Shown piece by piece: positions 9,164-19,549 of a DNA stretch of 25,947 nucleotides. The notes under the pieces were generated by a model. The model saw nothing but the letters and a program-made list of their open reading frames with translations. It was not told where the DNA came from and ran no database searches. Origin of the DNA: an uncultured bacterium (GTDB taxonomy: Bacteria; Schekmanbacteria; GWA2-38-11; J061); contig CAZJVM010000023.1 in the NCBI GenBank assembly GCA_964549305.1, positions 1 to 25,947 of the forward strand, given 5' to 3'. Position numbers and translations under genes: made by a program. Positions within the stretch are counted from its first letter, which is position 1, and the number at the start of each line of letters is the position of its first letter.

Positions 9164-10115
9164 AAATTTCTTTTAAGACAAGTGTTATGGTTTTCCTGAT
9201 GTTTTCCTTGTAAAGAAAACCCGATGCTTTTTTATGACCTCCTCCTCCGAAATGAGATGCAATCTCCGCCACATCAATTGAATTTGTGGAACGAAGGCTT
9301 ACCTTTGTATGGTTTTTGCCAACTTCACGAAAAAAGATGCTTGCATCCATTCCTTCTGTTTGATTGAGTTGGTCAATGAAACCGTCCGTATCACTGTTTC
9401 CTGCTCCCGTTTTTTCATAATCTTTTTCCGTTACATATGTCCAGCAGAATTTTTTTTCTTCATTGATTTCAAGTCGTGACAGTGCAAGAGCAAGCAATAA
9501 CTGGGAAGAGTATGATCTTTTCTCAAAAAGTTGTTTTGATATTGTCCTGACGGGCACCCCCATTTTTACAAGGTTATAGCATATTTTATATGCCGATTCT
9601 CCGGCATTTGAATATCTCAATCCGCCGGTGTCGAAGAAAATTCCGGCATATATACACGTTGCCATATCTCCGTCAATTTTCACATTCAGATGTTTTAAAA
9701 GTTTATATACTATTTCCGACGTGGATGAAACCGTAGGGATTATAAGGTTTTCATCAGGATTTTGTTTGTTTGTAATATGGTGGTCTATATAGAACGGAGC
9801 ATGCAATATTTTTTTCTTGTTGACCACATGGCCGTTTCTTTCAGGATTTTCACAATCAAGAAGAATTGCCGCGTCGTATTTGTTGGAAGCCTTGAATTTT
9901 TTCGAGATTATATCTGAAAAAGGCAGGAACTTTAAATTTTCAGGTGTTTTGGAATTATTTATAATTTCAACTTCTTTCCCGATTTTTTTCAACCCGAGAG
10001 CAAGGGCAATTTCCGACCCTATGGCGTCGGCATCGGAATTTCTGTGGGTAGACAGGAGAAATGTCCCCGACTTTCTTATAAGTCTTTCCACCGCGTTAAA
10101 TTTATTTTTTTTCAT
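9150..10115 (-). CDS. nrnA: DHH/DHHA1 phosphoesterase; NrnA-like oligoribonuclease/pAp phosphatase
   Basis: 321 aa with [28 protein letters not shown] and [11 protein letters not shown]. It lies directly after rbfA, its usual position. Confidence 0.88.
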   Translation of the reverse strand: MKKNKFNAVERLIRKSGTFLLSTHRNSDADAIGSEIALALGLKKIGKEVEIINNSKTPENLKFLPFSDIISKKFKASNKYDAAILLDCENPERNGHVVNKKKILHAPFYIDHHITNKQNPDENLIIPTVSSTSEIVYKLLKHLNVKIDGDMATCIYAGIFFDTGGLRYSNAGESAYKICYNLVKMGVPVRTISKQLFEKRSYSSQLLLALALSRLEINEEKKFCWTYVTEKDYEKTGAGNSDTDGFIDQLNQTEGMDASIFFREVGKNHTKVSLRSTNSIDVAEIASHFGGGGHKKASGFLYKENIRKTITLVLKEICESS

Positions 10116-10446
10116 CCTTCAGGTTTTTAAGAATTTTCTGTATCTTGTCTCCGTGCTCCATCGATGAATCATGGGCAAATACCAGCATTGGTATTCTTTT
10201 AATGTCCAGCCTTTTTTTCAGGCATTTTCTTATAAAACCGGATGCGCTTTCCAAACCCTTCAAGATTTCTTCCGAATCGCTATCCCTTAAAGAACTGAAA
10301 TACACTTTGGAGAGAGAAAGGTCTCTGGTCGTTTTAACATATGTAATCGATATAAGATTAATTCTGGGATCCTTAATTTCCCTTGAAATAATGTTTGATA
10401 TTTCGGCTCTGATTAATGAGTTTATCCTGTCTATTCGGCTGACCAT
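10102..10446 (-). CDS. rbfA: 30S ribosome-binding factor A
   Basis: RIDRINSLIRAEISNII...IKDPRI...TRDLSLSKVYFS...ASGFIR...KRIPMLVFAHDSSMEHG. The start at 10446 (MVSR) is preferred on typical RbfA length; the upstream ATG at 10461 is possible. Confidence 0.95.
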   Translation of the reverse strand: MVSRIDRINSLIRAEISNIISREIKDPRINLISITYVKTTRDLSLSKVYFSSLRDSDSEEILKGLESASGFIRKCLKKRLDIKRIPMLVFAHDSSMEHGDKIQKILKNLKDEKK

Positions 10447-10476
10447 CGTTTTCCGTCCCATAAAATATAAACGGCA

Positions 10477-10764
10477 TTATTTACTGAATACTTCCCTGTC
10501 CAAATCGATAATCTGAACATTCCCGTTCATTTCCGCATCATTAATTATTTTGTCCATTGTGCTTTCCACAATCTGCCTGCTCGAGTTGACGGTTGTAATT
10601 CCCAATTCGCATTTCTGCCAAAGGTCCTGATATTCCGTCTCTGCTACGGATATATTGTATTTATGCTTTATCCTGTCTTTAAAGCTTCTGATTACCTGAC
10701 GTTTAGTTTTAAGTGATCTGCTTCCGGGTATCAGCAGGGTTATTTTTAAAACTCCTACTGTCAT
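10477..10764 (-). CDS. DUF503 (YlxP-like) protein
   Basis: 95 aa with IPGSRSLKTKRQVI...KYNISVAE...QDLWQ, in the conserved slot between infB and rbfA. Confidence 0.92.
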   Translation of the reverse strand: MTVGVLKITLLIPGSRSLKTKRQVIRSFKDRIKHKYNISVAETEYQDLWQKCELGITTVNSSRQIVESTMDKIINDAEMNGNVQIIDLDREVFSK

Positions 10765-10783
10765 AGAAAGGTATTCCGCTGAA

Positions 10784-13054
10784 CTATAGTTTTCTTTTTA
10801 CTTCTTCTTTGACAAATGCTTCTACAATATCATCTACTTTAATATCGTTGAAATTCTCGATTCTTATGCCGCATTCATATCCCGATGCCACTTCCTTTAC
10901 ATCATCTTTGAATCGTTTCAGTGAAGCAAGCTTTCCTTCATAAATTATAATGCTGTCCCTTACAAGACGAACATCTGCCGCGCGTTCGATTTTCCCCTCA
11001 AGGACATAAGAACCTGCAATTTTTCCCACTTTGGTTATTTGAAATACTTCGCGGACTTGCGCCCTTCCTATCTGGTTTTCCTTGATTGTGGGATCGAGAA
11101 GTCCTTCCATTGCGGATTTTATATCATCGATAAGGTCATAAATTACCGTATAAAAGTGCATATCAACATTTTCCTGCTCGGCGAATGCGCTTGCCTTGTC
11201 AGCAGGTCTTACATTAAAACCGATAATGATGGCATTGGAAGCCGACGCCAGAATGACATCGCTCTCATTCACTCCTCCCGTACCGGAGTGAATAATATTG
11301 ACCTTTACATCGGCAGTGGAAAGTTTATTTATTGAATCTTCAATTGCCTGCGATGAACCGTGCACATCCGATTTGATGATTATTTTCAACTCTTTCGCGA
11401 TACCGTTTTTTATCTGTTCGGAGAGTTCTTCCAGGGAAATCTTTTTGGCGCTTGTCAGAGATGTTTCTCTCTGTTTTTGCATTCTCAATACTGCGGTCTG
11501 TCTTGCCTTCTTCTCATCATCGGTAACTACAAATGTGTCTCCTGCTTCGGGTACCCCTGAAAACCCCAAAATCAGAACCGGTATAGAAGGAGTTGCGGAG
11601 ATAATCCGTTTGCCCTTGTCATTTAATATCGCTCTAACTTTTCCGCTATGAACACCGGAAACAAAAGGATCGCCTACGCGCAACGTCCCCTTTTCCACAA
11701 GAACTGTTGCAACAGGACCTTTCTTTTTGTCGAGCTTTGATTCAATTACGATGCCTACGGCTTTTCTTCTCGGGTTAGCTTTCAATTCAAGCATCTCTGA
11801 TTGAAGAATAATGAGTTCGAGAAGGTCATTAATTTTAATTCTCTGCTTTGCCGAGATATCTACAAATATGGTATCACCGCCCCATTCTTCAGGCACGAGG
11901 TCAAATTCGGAAAGAGTGTTTCTCACTTTTTGTGGATCCGCGTTTGGCTTGTCCACTTTATTTACGGCAACTATTATGGGAACTTTTGCCGCTTTAGCAT
12001 GGTTAATGGCTTCAATTGTCTGGGGCATCACTCCGTCATCGGCGGCAACAATTAGCACTACTATATCAGTTACCTGCGCCCCTCTTGCGCGCATTGCCGT
12101 AAACGCGTGATGACCGGGGGTATCGAGAAAAACTACCGTTCCCTTTTCGTGCTCTACGTGATAAGCGCCAACGTGCTGAGTAATTCCTCCTGACTCTCCA
12201 CCCATAACATTGGTTTCTCTGATAGCATCGAGAAGTGATGTTTTGCCGTGGTCAACGTGTCCCATTATTGTCACAACGGGTGGACGCGGTTCGAGATTTT
12301 CCTCGTCTTCCTCTTCTTCTTCAACTACATCTTCGGCAAGTTTAACGATATTGACTTCCACATCGTAAGTGGCACCAAGGATTTCAATCGTATCGGCATC
12401 GAGCGACTGGTTGATATTTGCCATTACTCCCAACCCTATAAGTTTTCCTATTATGTCTCCCGAAGACACTCCAAAAGTTTCGGAAACTTCCTTTACCGTC
12501 GCGCCCTCGTTTATCTCTAATATTTTTTGCTCCGCCGGTTCTTCTTTTTTAACAACAGAATCGACAGATGGCTTTGACTTCTTGGCTTTCCCGGAAGTCT
12601 TTTCTTCCTTTTTTACGAGAATGGGTTTGGATTTTTTTTCAGGCGTCGATGTGTCTTTTACCTTTATACCATCCGTTTCCTTTGCTTTTTTCGCCGGTTT
12701 TTTTGCTGTTTTTTCTTTTGTTTTCGGGGGAGTCTTTGCCGCCTGCGTTTTCTCTTTCCCTGATTTTCTTTTCTTCTCTTCTTCCTTCTTTTTCGGAGTC
12801 TTCTTTTCCTTCGGATCTTTTCCCTTAACGGTTTTTTTATCTTTTGAAGAAGAAGCTGGCTTTTTGGCAGTTTTTTTATCTTTCCCGGCAGACGCGACAG
12901 GATATATTTTGAGAGCAATCTCAACCGCTTTTTCATCGAGTACATTCATATGACTTTTAACTTCCACGCCTTTTTTATTGAGCTTCTCAATAAGTTCCGT
13001 GCTTGAAACTCCAAGCCTTTTTGCCAGTGAATGTACTCTTTCGCCTTTTGACAT
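10784..13054 (-). CDS. infB: Translation initiation factor IF-2
   Basis: 756 aa: IF2_N ([10 protein letters not shown]), Lys-rich linker, [46 protein letters not shown]...GYECG. Confidence 0.98.
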   Translation of the reverse strand: MSKGERVHSLAKRLGVSSTELIEKLNKKGVEVKSHMNVLDEKAVEIALKIYPVASAGKDKKTAKKPASSSKDKKTVKGKDPKEKKTPKKKEEEKKRKSGKEKTQAAKTPPKTKEKTAKKPAKKAKETDGIKVKDTSTPEKKSKPILVKKEEKTSGKAKKSKPSVDSVVKKEEPAEQKILEINEGATVKEVSETFGVSSGDIIGKLIGLGVMANINQSLDADTIEILGATYDVEVNIVKLAEDVVEEEEEDEENLEPRPPVVTIMGHVDHGKTSLLDAIRETNVMGGESGGITQHVGAYHVEHEKGTVVFLDTPGHHAFTAMRARGAQVTDIVVLIVAADDGVMPQTIEAINHAKAAKVPIIVAVNKVDKPNADPQKVRNTLSEFDLVPEEWGGDTIFVDISAKQRIKINDLLELIILQSEMLELKANPRRKAVGIVIESKLDKKKGPVATVLVEKGTLRVGDPFVSGVHSGKVRAILNDKGKRIISATPSIPVLILGFSGVPEAGDTFVVTDDEKKARQTAVLRMQKQRETSLTSAKKISLEELSEQIKNGIAKELKIIIKSDVHGSSQAIEDSINKLSTADVKVNIIHSGTGGVNESDVILASASNAIIIGFNVRPADKASAFAEQENVDMHFYTVIYDLIDDIKSAMEGLLDPTIKENQIGRAQVREVFQITKVGKIAGSYVLEGKIERAADVRLVRDSIIIYEGKLASLKRFKDDVKEVASGYECGIRIENFNDIKVDDIVEAFVKEEVKRKL

Positions 13055-13097
13055 TACGTTATCCGCCTATATTTAACTTTTTTTAATCATAATAGTC

Positions 13098-14348
13098 TCA
13101 AACACATTTTTTAGCCGACTCAATTATCTGTTTAGCTCTTTCCAATCCCATATCACCAACCTGTGACAGTTCTTCTTCATCTGCTTCGGCAATTTTTAAT
13201 GGGTTGTCATATCCTGAGTTAATCAGTGCTTCTATAAGTTCATTATTCAATCCACGGACTTCCGATACCGATTCGATAGCATTCTGCTTTGAATTATCTA
13301 CATTCTTACCCTCTTTCGCTTCTGTTTTCGACAGAATATTTATCTTGTATCCTGTGAGAATTGAAGCAAGTTTTACATTTTGCCCTTTTTTCCCTATGGC
13401 AAGATAAAGCTGGTCGTCTTCGACAATCACTATAGATGTTTTGTTCTTATCGTCTGCTTTTATTGACAAGCACTGCGCGGGAAGAAGAGCGTTCTTGATG
13501 TATTCTTTCGATTCCTTTGACCATCTTACAATGTCAATTCTCTCTCCGCTTAATTCTCTTACCACGCTCTGCACCCTGCTCCCTCTTACTCCAACACAAG
13601 CGCCAACGGGGTCTATATCCTTGTCTGTGCTCATTACGGCAATCTTACCTCTCCATCCGGGATCTCTCGAGGATGATATTATTTTAATTATACCATCTTC
13701 AATCTCCGGAACTTCTTCACTAAACAATTGCTCAAGAAATTCAGGACATTTCCTGGAGAGATATATTAGAAGTTCTCTTTCGTTTTTCGAAACATCATAA
13801 ATGAAACTGGTTATCCTGTCGCCCTTTCGGTATTTTTCCTTTGGAATCTGGTCTCTGTAGAGAAGTTTTCCTTCTGCCTTTCCAAGGTCAACTAAAATTG
13901 TTCCTCTCTCAACGGCAATTACGGAACCGACAATAATTTCGTCTTTGAGGTTCTGGAATTCTTCAAAGGCAACTTCTTTTTCAGCTTCTTTCATTTTTTG
14001 AGCAATAACCTGTTTAACCGTTTGGACACTAACCCTCCCCAAATCAACATCTTCCAGCTTAATATGAATATCATCTCCTTCTGAGGCATTTTCATCGATT
14101 TTCATTGCATCATCAAGAGCAATTTCAGTTTCCACGTTAGTTATCTCGCCCGCAACTACCTTCTTTACCTCATATAAGCCGAAATTCTGGTCGTCAGGGT
14201 TGAACTCGACCTTCAGAACGCAATTCTCGTCATATGTTTTTTTCATAACTGAAATAATTGCTGATTCAATTGCCGAAAACATCGTATCTCTGTCTATGCC
14301 CTTATCTTTGGCAATCTGATCGATTATATGTAAAACCTGATTTTTCAT
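13098..14348 (-). CDS. nusA: Transcription termination/antitermination factor NusA
   Basis: 416 aa: LGRVSVQTVKQVI, S1 region, EVPEI, RDPGWRGKIAV, DPVGACVGVRGSRV, AIGKKGQNVKLAS and a C-terminal HhH-like repeat. Confidence 0.97.
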   Translation of the reverse strand: MKNQVLHIIDQIAKDKGIDRDTMFSAIESAIISVMKKTYDENCVLKVEFNPDDQNFGLYEVKKVVAGEITNVETEIALDDAMKIDENASEGDDIHIKLEDVDLGRVSVQTVKQVIAQKMKEAEKEVAFEEFQNLKDEIIVGSVIAVERGTILVDLGKAEGKLLYRDQIPKEKYRKGDRITSFIYDVSKNERELLIYLSRKCPEFLEQLFSEEVPEIEDGIIKIISSSRDPGWRGKIAVMSTDKDIDPVGACVGVRGSRVQSVVRELSGERIDIVRWSKESKEYIKNALLPAQCLSIKADDKNKTSIVIVEDDQLYLAIGKKGQNVKLASILTGYKINILSKTEAKEGKNVDNSKQNAIESVSEVRGLNNELIEALINSGYDNPLKIAEADEEELSQVGDMGLERAKQIIESAKKCV

Positions 14349-14350
14349 AA

Positions 14351-14803
14351 CTAAAACCTTATATCAAGAATAGCTTTAAGAATATCATTATAACTAATTG
14401 TATTTAAAGAATTATCTCTTTCGTCTCTTATTTTGATATATTCCTCTCCGCTGTCAATTACAATTCCCCGACACTCCTTTTTTTTTCCTTCATTATTGTG
14501 ATAATCAATTAAAACCGCTTTTCCCAAAGACCTTAAAAAATCTTTTTTATTTTTCAGAGGCCTGTCCAAACCGGGTGAAGATACCTCAAGCACATAATTC
14601 TCTTCCTCACATTCAACATCAAGGATTGCACTTAACTGACGGCTGACATTTGCGCATTCTTCGACTGTGATTCCTCCATCTTTATCCAAAAAAATCTTGA
14701 TTACCTGACGGCTTGAACTTCCTGCTTTTTTTATCTCAACAAGCTCAAGACCCTCACTTTTAGTAATTGGTAACAGAAGCTCTTCAATATACTCAACTTC
14801 CAT
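14351..14803 (-). CDS. rimP: Ribosome maturation factor RimP
   Basis: 150 aa with GITVEECANVSR and YVLEVSSPGLDRPL, ending 2 bp before nusA. Confidence 0.96.
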   Translation of the reverse strand: MEVEYIEELLLPITKSEGLELVEIKKAGSSSRQVIKIFLDKDGGITVEECANVSRQLSAILDVECEEENYVLEVSSPGLDRPLKNKKDFLRSLGKAVLIDYHNNEGKKKECRGIVIDSGEEYIKIRDERDNSLNTISYNDILKAILDIRF

Positions 14804-14826
14804 TTAATACACTCTTTCTTACATAT

Positions 14827-14861
14827 AAAAAAGAAAAGAGCGGGTAAGAATTCCCACTCTT
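14827..14861 (-). promoter_or_regulatory. rimP-leader-type terminator/attenuator hairpin
   Basis: Minus strand AAGAGTGGG-AATTCTTA-CCCGCTCTT-TTCTTTTTT: a 9-bp stem (one G-U pair), 8-nt loop and U-tract, about 25 nt before the rimP start. It matches the described GGG...CCC rimP-leader element. Confidence 0.8.
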
Positions 14862-14889
14862 AAAAAGATTAAACTCAGTATGCTTATTT

Positions 14890-14918
14890 TTAGTACTACA
14901 CACCTATTTATAATGCAA
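14890..14918 (-). promoter_or_regulatory. Possible promoter of the rimP-nusA-infB operon
   Basis: Minus-strand TTGCAT (14918..14913), 17 nt, TACTAA (14895..14890), just upstream of the leader hairpin. The -10 is imperfect. Confidence 0.3.
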
Positions 14919-14956
14919 GAGAAATATATATATATTTAAAAGAAGTAAAGTTCTGC

Positions 14957-16669
14957 CTAATCGGTGGCTTCTATGTCTTTGATTTTTAGCTGGATTTGCT
15001 CTTCGTTCTTCCACCTGTTTATCTGAGGAGAGTAAACTGCGGAGAATTTTTCATTATTTTGAAGAATATCTTTTTTTTCGGACATATTGAAGGCTATCGC
15101 GTCCATATCATATCCGTTTTGAGATAGCATAAACTTCAAATGCCTGTCTCCCACAATTTTCGGATTATATTTAACGGTGACATTATCAGAAATGAAAACG
15201 GGTTGCTGATTACCGTAACCAAAAGGTTCCAGCTTTTGGAATTCTTCGATAAGGCTTTTATCCAGTTCGCTAAAATCTATATTCATATCGATATCTTCTT
15301 TTTTGTGATAATTATCTTTTCCAGGTGTGACATTTTTTAGATTTATCAAGGCATTCCTGAAATAGTCCACATTTTCCGGAGCTATTCTGAAACCTGCCGC
15401 ATACTTATGCCCTCCGTATGAATCGAGATATTGACTGCAATTGTCTATGGAAAAGTAAATGTCAAAATTCACGAAAGAACGCGCCGAACCTCTGCCGCCT
15501 TCTCCAATTATAAAAACCGGTTTCAAAAAAGTCTCGGTAAGCTTTGACGCCACAATTCCTATAACTCCCGGATGCCATTTTTCATCATAGAGCACTATTA
15601 TATCGTTACCCCTGTCTATTTCATCCTCTGCCATTTTCCTGGCATTTGCAATTATGTCTTTTTCGATTTCCTGGCGCCTGTCATTGTCACTGCAAATATT
15701 GTTTACTTTAGAATCGATGTTGCCGTTGCCGGCTGACAAGAAAAGTTCGACTACCTCAGAATAACCCAACGGCTGATCACTGTCATACTCATGCACCCTC
15801 CCCTCAGCATTTATAACAGGGGCGATAATGAATGATATGTGCCACGGCATAATGTTTTTATGAGAAAGCTCTTTTTTTTGCAAAAGGGTGTTTAAACCGT
15901 TATTTGAAGTCCGGTTGAGAAGCTTAAGCCCTTCCTTGACTATGAGCCTGTTTTCGTCCCTCAAAGGCGCGATGTCGGCAACAGTGCCCATTGCGGCAAA
16001 GGCGAGCAGCTCATCCTTTAAATCCTTGTAAACATCTTCAGCCAAAAGCTCCGCGCAGAATTTATACACGATCCCCGCTGCAGAAAATTCCTTAAATGGA
16101 TACGTGCACTCATTCTGCTTAGGATTGACTATGGCGTCCGCGTCAGGCATTGTCCCTGAAGGAAGATGGTGGTCAAGAATAATTACCGTTAGCCCTAGTT
16201 CTTTTGCAAGTTTGATTTCTTCTGTATTGCTTATGCCGCAGTCTGCCGTAATAATCATTTTGAACCCTTTGTTCGCGGCATATTTGACGGCGTTGGCGTT
16301 AAGTCCGTATCCTTCCTTCAACCTTCGCGGGATATAATACTCGCAATCACTTCCTATTTCCTTCAGAGTTTTCATAAGCATCACGACGGAAGTAGTACCG
16401 TCCACATCATAATCTCCGAACAGAAATATCTTTTCTCTTTTTCTGCAGGCATCTCTCGTTTTATCGAGTGCCAACTCCATATTTTTCATTTTTAGGGCGG
16501 AATAAAATGACTCTCTGCCGGCATTGAGAAATTTGTCCGCTTCTTCCACGCTCTCACATCCTCTGTTGACAATTATCTGCGCGGTGATTGGATTGATATT
16601 AAGACTCCGGGAGAGATTCGCGGCAATATCTCTCTTTAAAGGATATGTTATCCAATGTGTGTCATTCAT
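14957..16669 (-). CDS. recJ: Single-stranded-DNA-specific exonuclease RecJ
   Basis: 570 aa: GDYDVDG, YIPRRLKEGYGL, TADCG, LDHH, GTVADIAPL..ENR, INAEGR, WHPGVIGIVAS, GSARS, GGHKYAAG, LEPFGYGN and a C-terminal OB region. Confidence 0.96.
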   Translation of the reverse strand: MNDTHWITYPLKRDIAANLSRSLNINPITAQIIVNRGCESVEEADKFLNAGRESFYSALKMKNMELALDKTRDACRKREKIFLFGDYDVDGTTSVVMLMKTLKEIGSDCEYYIPRRLKEGYGLNANAVKYAANKGFKMIITADCGISNTEEIKLAKELGLTVIILDHHLPSGTMPDADAIVNPKQNECTYPFKEFSAAGIVYKFCAELLAEDVYKDLKDELLAFAAMGTVADIAPLRDENRLIVKEGLKLLNRTSNNGLNTLLQKKELSHKNIMPWHISFIIAPVINAEGRVHEYDSDQPLGYSEVVELFLSAGNGNIDSKVNNICSDNDRRQEIEKDIIANARKMAEDEIDRGNDIIVLYDEKWHPGVIGIVASKLTETFLKPVFIIGEGGRGSARSFVNFDIYFSIDNCSQYLDSYGGHKYAAGFRIAPENVDYFRNALINLKNVTPGKDNYHKKEDIDMNIDFSELDKSLIEEFQKLEPFGYGNQQPVFISDNVTVKYNPKIVGDRHLKFMLSQNGYDMDAIAFNMSEKKDILQNNEKFSAVYSPQINRWKNEEQIQLKIKDIEATD

Positions 16670-17208
16670 TTTTTATTCTCTTTTAACACTCTATTATGCA
16701 TATTCCTTGATTCCAGCAAAAAATCCCCTGCGCCGGCACTTTTGTAATCCGGATAAGTCCAGTCTAAATGCTTAACACCATTCTTCGTAAACATCAATGT
16801 CACTTCCGCATAAATCCCTTTCCCAACATAAATTCTATGGCTATACTCTTTTGTTGACGCAAGAATTAATCTTGACGGGAGAATAAAACCGGGGTCAATA
16901 TTAATAATCCGCCTGCCGTCTTTTTTGCAATGAGCGTCTTCTATGGAGTTTGTTGCAACTTTTATATCCGCGAGACTTTCCTGTTTGACGGACTTTTCAA
17001 AAACAATAAATCGTTTTTTGAGACTGCTCCCGAACTCTTTTTCATAATAGCCGGTATGGTTAAAGTCAAAGATATTGCTCTCAGACTCGATATTTCCGAA
17101 TGTGTCGACCAAGTCGCGCAGGGCACCTTCTGTGCTTTCGGACTCATTATACATCAAAGCGCAGAAAAGTTTTGCGGGGGTTACGGCATATGCTTCTATG
17201 ACTCCCAA
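16666..17208 (-). CDS. DUF4416-family protein (function unknown)
   Basis: Motifs FNHTGYYEKEFG, RIINIDPGFI, LASTKEYSHRIYVGKGIYAE and WTYPDY recognised as DUF4416-like. The TTG at 17208 has GGGAG 10 nt upstream; the ORF track start is 17229. The stop overlaps the recJ start (ATGA). Confidence 0.82.
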   Translation of the reverse strand: MGVIEAYAVTPAKLFCALMYNESESTEGALRDLVDTFGNIESESNIFDFNHTGYYEKEFGSSLKKRFIVFEKSVKQESLADIKVATNSIEDAHCKKDGRRIINIDPGFILPSRLILASTKEYSHRIYVGKGIYAEVTLMFTKNGVKHLDWTYPDYKSAGAGDFLLESRNMHNRVLKENKK

Positions 17209-17284
17209 TTGTAAAAAACTCCCTGTCAAAATATTTATATCAGATTATCAAATAAGCATTAAAGGGCAATAACTGAAAAGGACT

Positions 17285-19492
17285 TTATTTGTTTTTTCTT
17301 TTTTTTCTCCCGCCCTTTGTTTTTCTTCTTTTGCCCGCGGATTTTTCGACAGACTTCCTGTCTTCTTCCGCAAGGAATAAATCCATTTCTCCTCTTTCCG
17401 GATAGACCTCTTCCACAAGCACTTTAACCTTGTCCCCAAGTCTGAATACCTTTCCGGTTCTGCGTCCCCTGATATGGTGTTTTTCTTCTTCGTAAATATA
17501 ATAATCCTTACCCAAAGAGCGCATTCTGACAAGTCCGTCAACATAGTAACCTTCAATCTCCACAAATAAACCGAATTCCGCAACGCCTGAAATTATTCCG
17601 TTAAACACTTCTCCTGAATGAGTTTTAAGAAATTCCAGTTTTTTTCTGTTAAGCACTTCCCTTTCCGCTTCTTCCGCTTTCTTTTCCGCTTCCGTACAGT
17701 GAAGAGATGTTTTTTTAAGTTTTGACAAACGCGAACTTCCATTACCTCCCTTTACGGTACCGTTCAGGGATTCTTTCAATATGCGGTGAACCGCAAGGTC
17801 GGGATACCTTCTTATGGGGGAAGTAAAGTGAGTATAATGGTCTGACGCCAGACCGAAATGCCCCCGCGACGATGTGGTATAAACGGCGTGCTTCAGGGAA
17901 CGAAGCAGGATTGTCGAAACGAGGTGTTCTGTTTCAAACCCCTGTACCGCATTGAGGACTCTCTGAAAACTTTTAGGACTAACCCTTCCGATAGGTTTTA
18001 TTTTTATCCCCAGACCCCCGATAAATTCATTGAATTCCTTAATTTTATCCTTATCAGGCGCCTCATGAACTCTGTAAATCGAAGGCGAAGATATTTTAAA
18101 AAGGTGTTCGGCAACAGTTTCGTTTGCGGCAATCATAAACTCTTCGATAATCCTATGCGATGTAAGTCTTTCCGATTTTATGATATCTACTATATCTCCC
18201 GTCGCATCGAGCACGAATTCAGGTTCAGGAAGGTCAAAATCGAGACTGCCTCTCTTCTTTCGTTTATTCCTGAGAATATGGCAAAGTAGTTCCATATCCT
18301 TAAAATCTTCAGCATATGATTTATAACGCTTCAAAAATTCTTTGTCATTTCCCTCCAGCACTTTTTGGAATCCGGCATATGTCATTCTCTTATCGCTTCG
18401 AATGAGAGATTCGAAGATTCTGTATTTAGAGATATTGCCACCCTTGTCAATATCCATCACAACGGAGATTGTTAGCTTGTCAACTCCCTGATTCAGACTG
18501 CATAAATCGCTTGATAACCGCATAGGCAGCATTGGAATCCAGTAATCGGGAAAGTATATGCTTGTTCCCCTGTTCCAGGCCTCTTTGTCTGTAGAGGATT
18601 TTTCCTTTACGAAAAATGAAACATCCGCAATATGAACGTAGAGGCGAAAAGCATCCTTGCCTCTCCTTTCGATTGAAACGGCATCATCAAAATCTCTTGC
18701 CTTTTCTCCGTCGACTGTGACAGTGCGCAGCGAGCGAAAATCTTTTCTGCGGGAAACTTCTTTTTCAATTTCCAAAGTAAAATCATCGCACTCTTTCAAG
18801 GTTTTTGTTCCGAATTCATCGGAAAATCCGAACCTTTCGATTGCAATCTTCGTATCGGTTGCCGAATCTTCGCTATCTCCGATTACTTTAAGCAACACCC
18901 CTTCGACAATATTGAAGGATTCTCTTTTTCGCTTGAGAGGTTTTACGGTCACTAACTGCCCTGCTTTGAGTTTTTTGGAGTCCTTCTTTGAAAGTACTAT
19001 GTCGGGCATTCTGTAATCAGAAAGCGGTTCAATATAAATGGCGTCGGATACTTTCAAAACTTTCCCGACAACGCTTTCATATTTTCTTTTGAGCACCTTC
19101 ACAACTGCGCCGTAGGGGCGTCCTTTTCGTCCCAATCTCGATATCTTGACAAGGACAAGGTCGCCGTTCAAAGCGTCGGCAATATTGCGGATATCCACAA
19201 ATACGGAAACTTTGGGTTCCCGGGAAGGAATAAGTCTTCCGTCACCTGACTTGGTTATTCTGAGAGTGCCGGTTATCATATTGTAATGAGAAGGGTTTTT
19301 GACAATACCGTCTTCAATGTATATGCACCCTTCGCCTTCGAGTATTCCGCACGCGTCCCTTAAGGATTTGCTTTTATCCGATACTCCGAGCATTTTAGAA
19401 AGCGCGGAATATGAAACGGAATGATACCTGCTTTTTTCCCCTTCGAATACTTCCCTGATTCGTTTCGTTAATTTTTCGACTGAGGTTGTCAT
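17285..19492 (-). CDS. rnr: Ribonuclease R
   Basis: 735 aa: CSD/OB region (ALNGDLVLV), catalytic TVDGEKARDFDDAV, HIADVS, PMLP..LS, IEEFMIAANE, HFGLASDHYTHFTSPIRRYPDL, S1 domain and a basic C-terminal tail. Confidence 0.96.
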   Translation of the reverse strand: MTTSVEKLTKRIREVFEGEKSRYHSVSYSALSKMLGVSDKSKSLRDACGILEGEGCIYIEDGIVKNPSHYNMITGTLRITKSGDGRLIPSREPKVSVFVDIRNIADALNGDLVLVKISRLGRKGRPYGAVVKVLKRKYESVVGKVLKVSDAIYIEPLSDYRMPDIVLSKKDSKKLKAGQLVTVKPLKRKRESFNIVEGVLLKVIGDSEDSATDTKIAIERFGFSDEFGTKTLKECDDFTLEIEKEVSRRKDFRSLRTVTVDGEKARDFDDAVSIERRGKDAFRLYVHIADVSFFVKEKSSTDKEAWNRGTSIYFPDYWIPMLPMRLSSDLCSLNQGVDKLTISVVMDIDKGGNISKYRIFESLIRSDKRMTYAGFQKVLEGNDKEFLKRYKSYAEDFKDMELLCHILRNKRKKRGSLDFDLPEPEFVLDATGDIVDIIKSERLTSHRIIEEFMIAANETVAEHLFKISSPSIYRVHEAPDKDKIKEFNEFIGGLGIKIKPIGRVSPKSFQRVLNAVQGFETEHLVSTILLRSLKHAVYTTSSRGHFGLASDHYTHFTSPIRRYPDLAVHRILKESLNGTVKGGNGSSRLSKLKKTSLHCTEAEKKAEEAEREVLNRKKLEFLKTHSGEVFNGIISGVAEFGLFVEIEGYYVDGLVRMRSLGKDYYIYEEEKHHIRGRRTGKVFRLGDKVKVLVEEVYPERGEMDLFLAEEDRKSVEKSAGKRRKTKGGRKKRKNK

Positions 19493-19549
19493 TTTAAATT
19501 TAAACGCGTTTTGTAAGTGTCACCGGCAAAAACAATACATTTAGAAGCA

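Noticed and set aside
12369..12953. 194-aa plus-strand ORF and a 93-aa Lys/Arg-rich alternative-frame ORF within infB
   Set aside because: Both are by-products of the A-rich, low-complexity Lys-rich IF-2 linker, which is a common and variable feature. Neither has an RBS or motifs.
15750..15825. RecJ variant APVINAEGR followed by a short insertion (HEYDSDQPLG)
   Set aside because: All catalytic DHH/DHHA1 motifs are intact, so this is probably ordinary loop divergence. It cannot be evaluated without an alignment.
17209..17229. Minus-strand TTGACA right before the DUF4416 RBS (and similarly at 25236..25231)
   Set aside because: There is no -10 at 16-18 nt, and it is too close to the start codon to be that gene's promoter.
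19493..19511. Short overlapping palindromes TTTAAATTTAAA and AAACGCGTTT before rnr
   Set aside because: They are short and AT-rich, as expected by chance in this composition.
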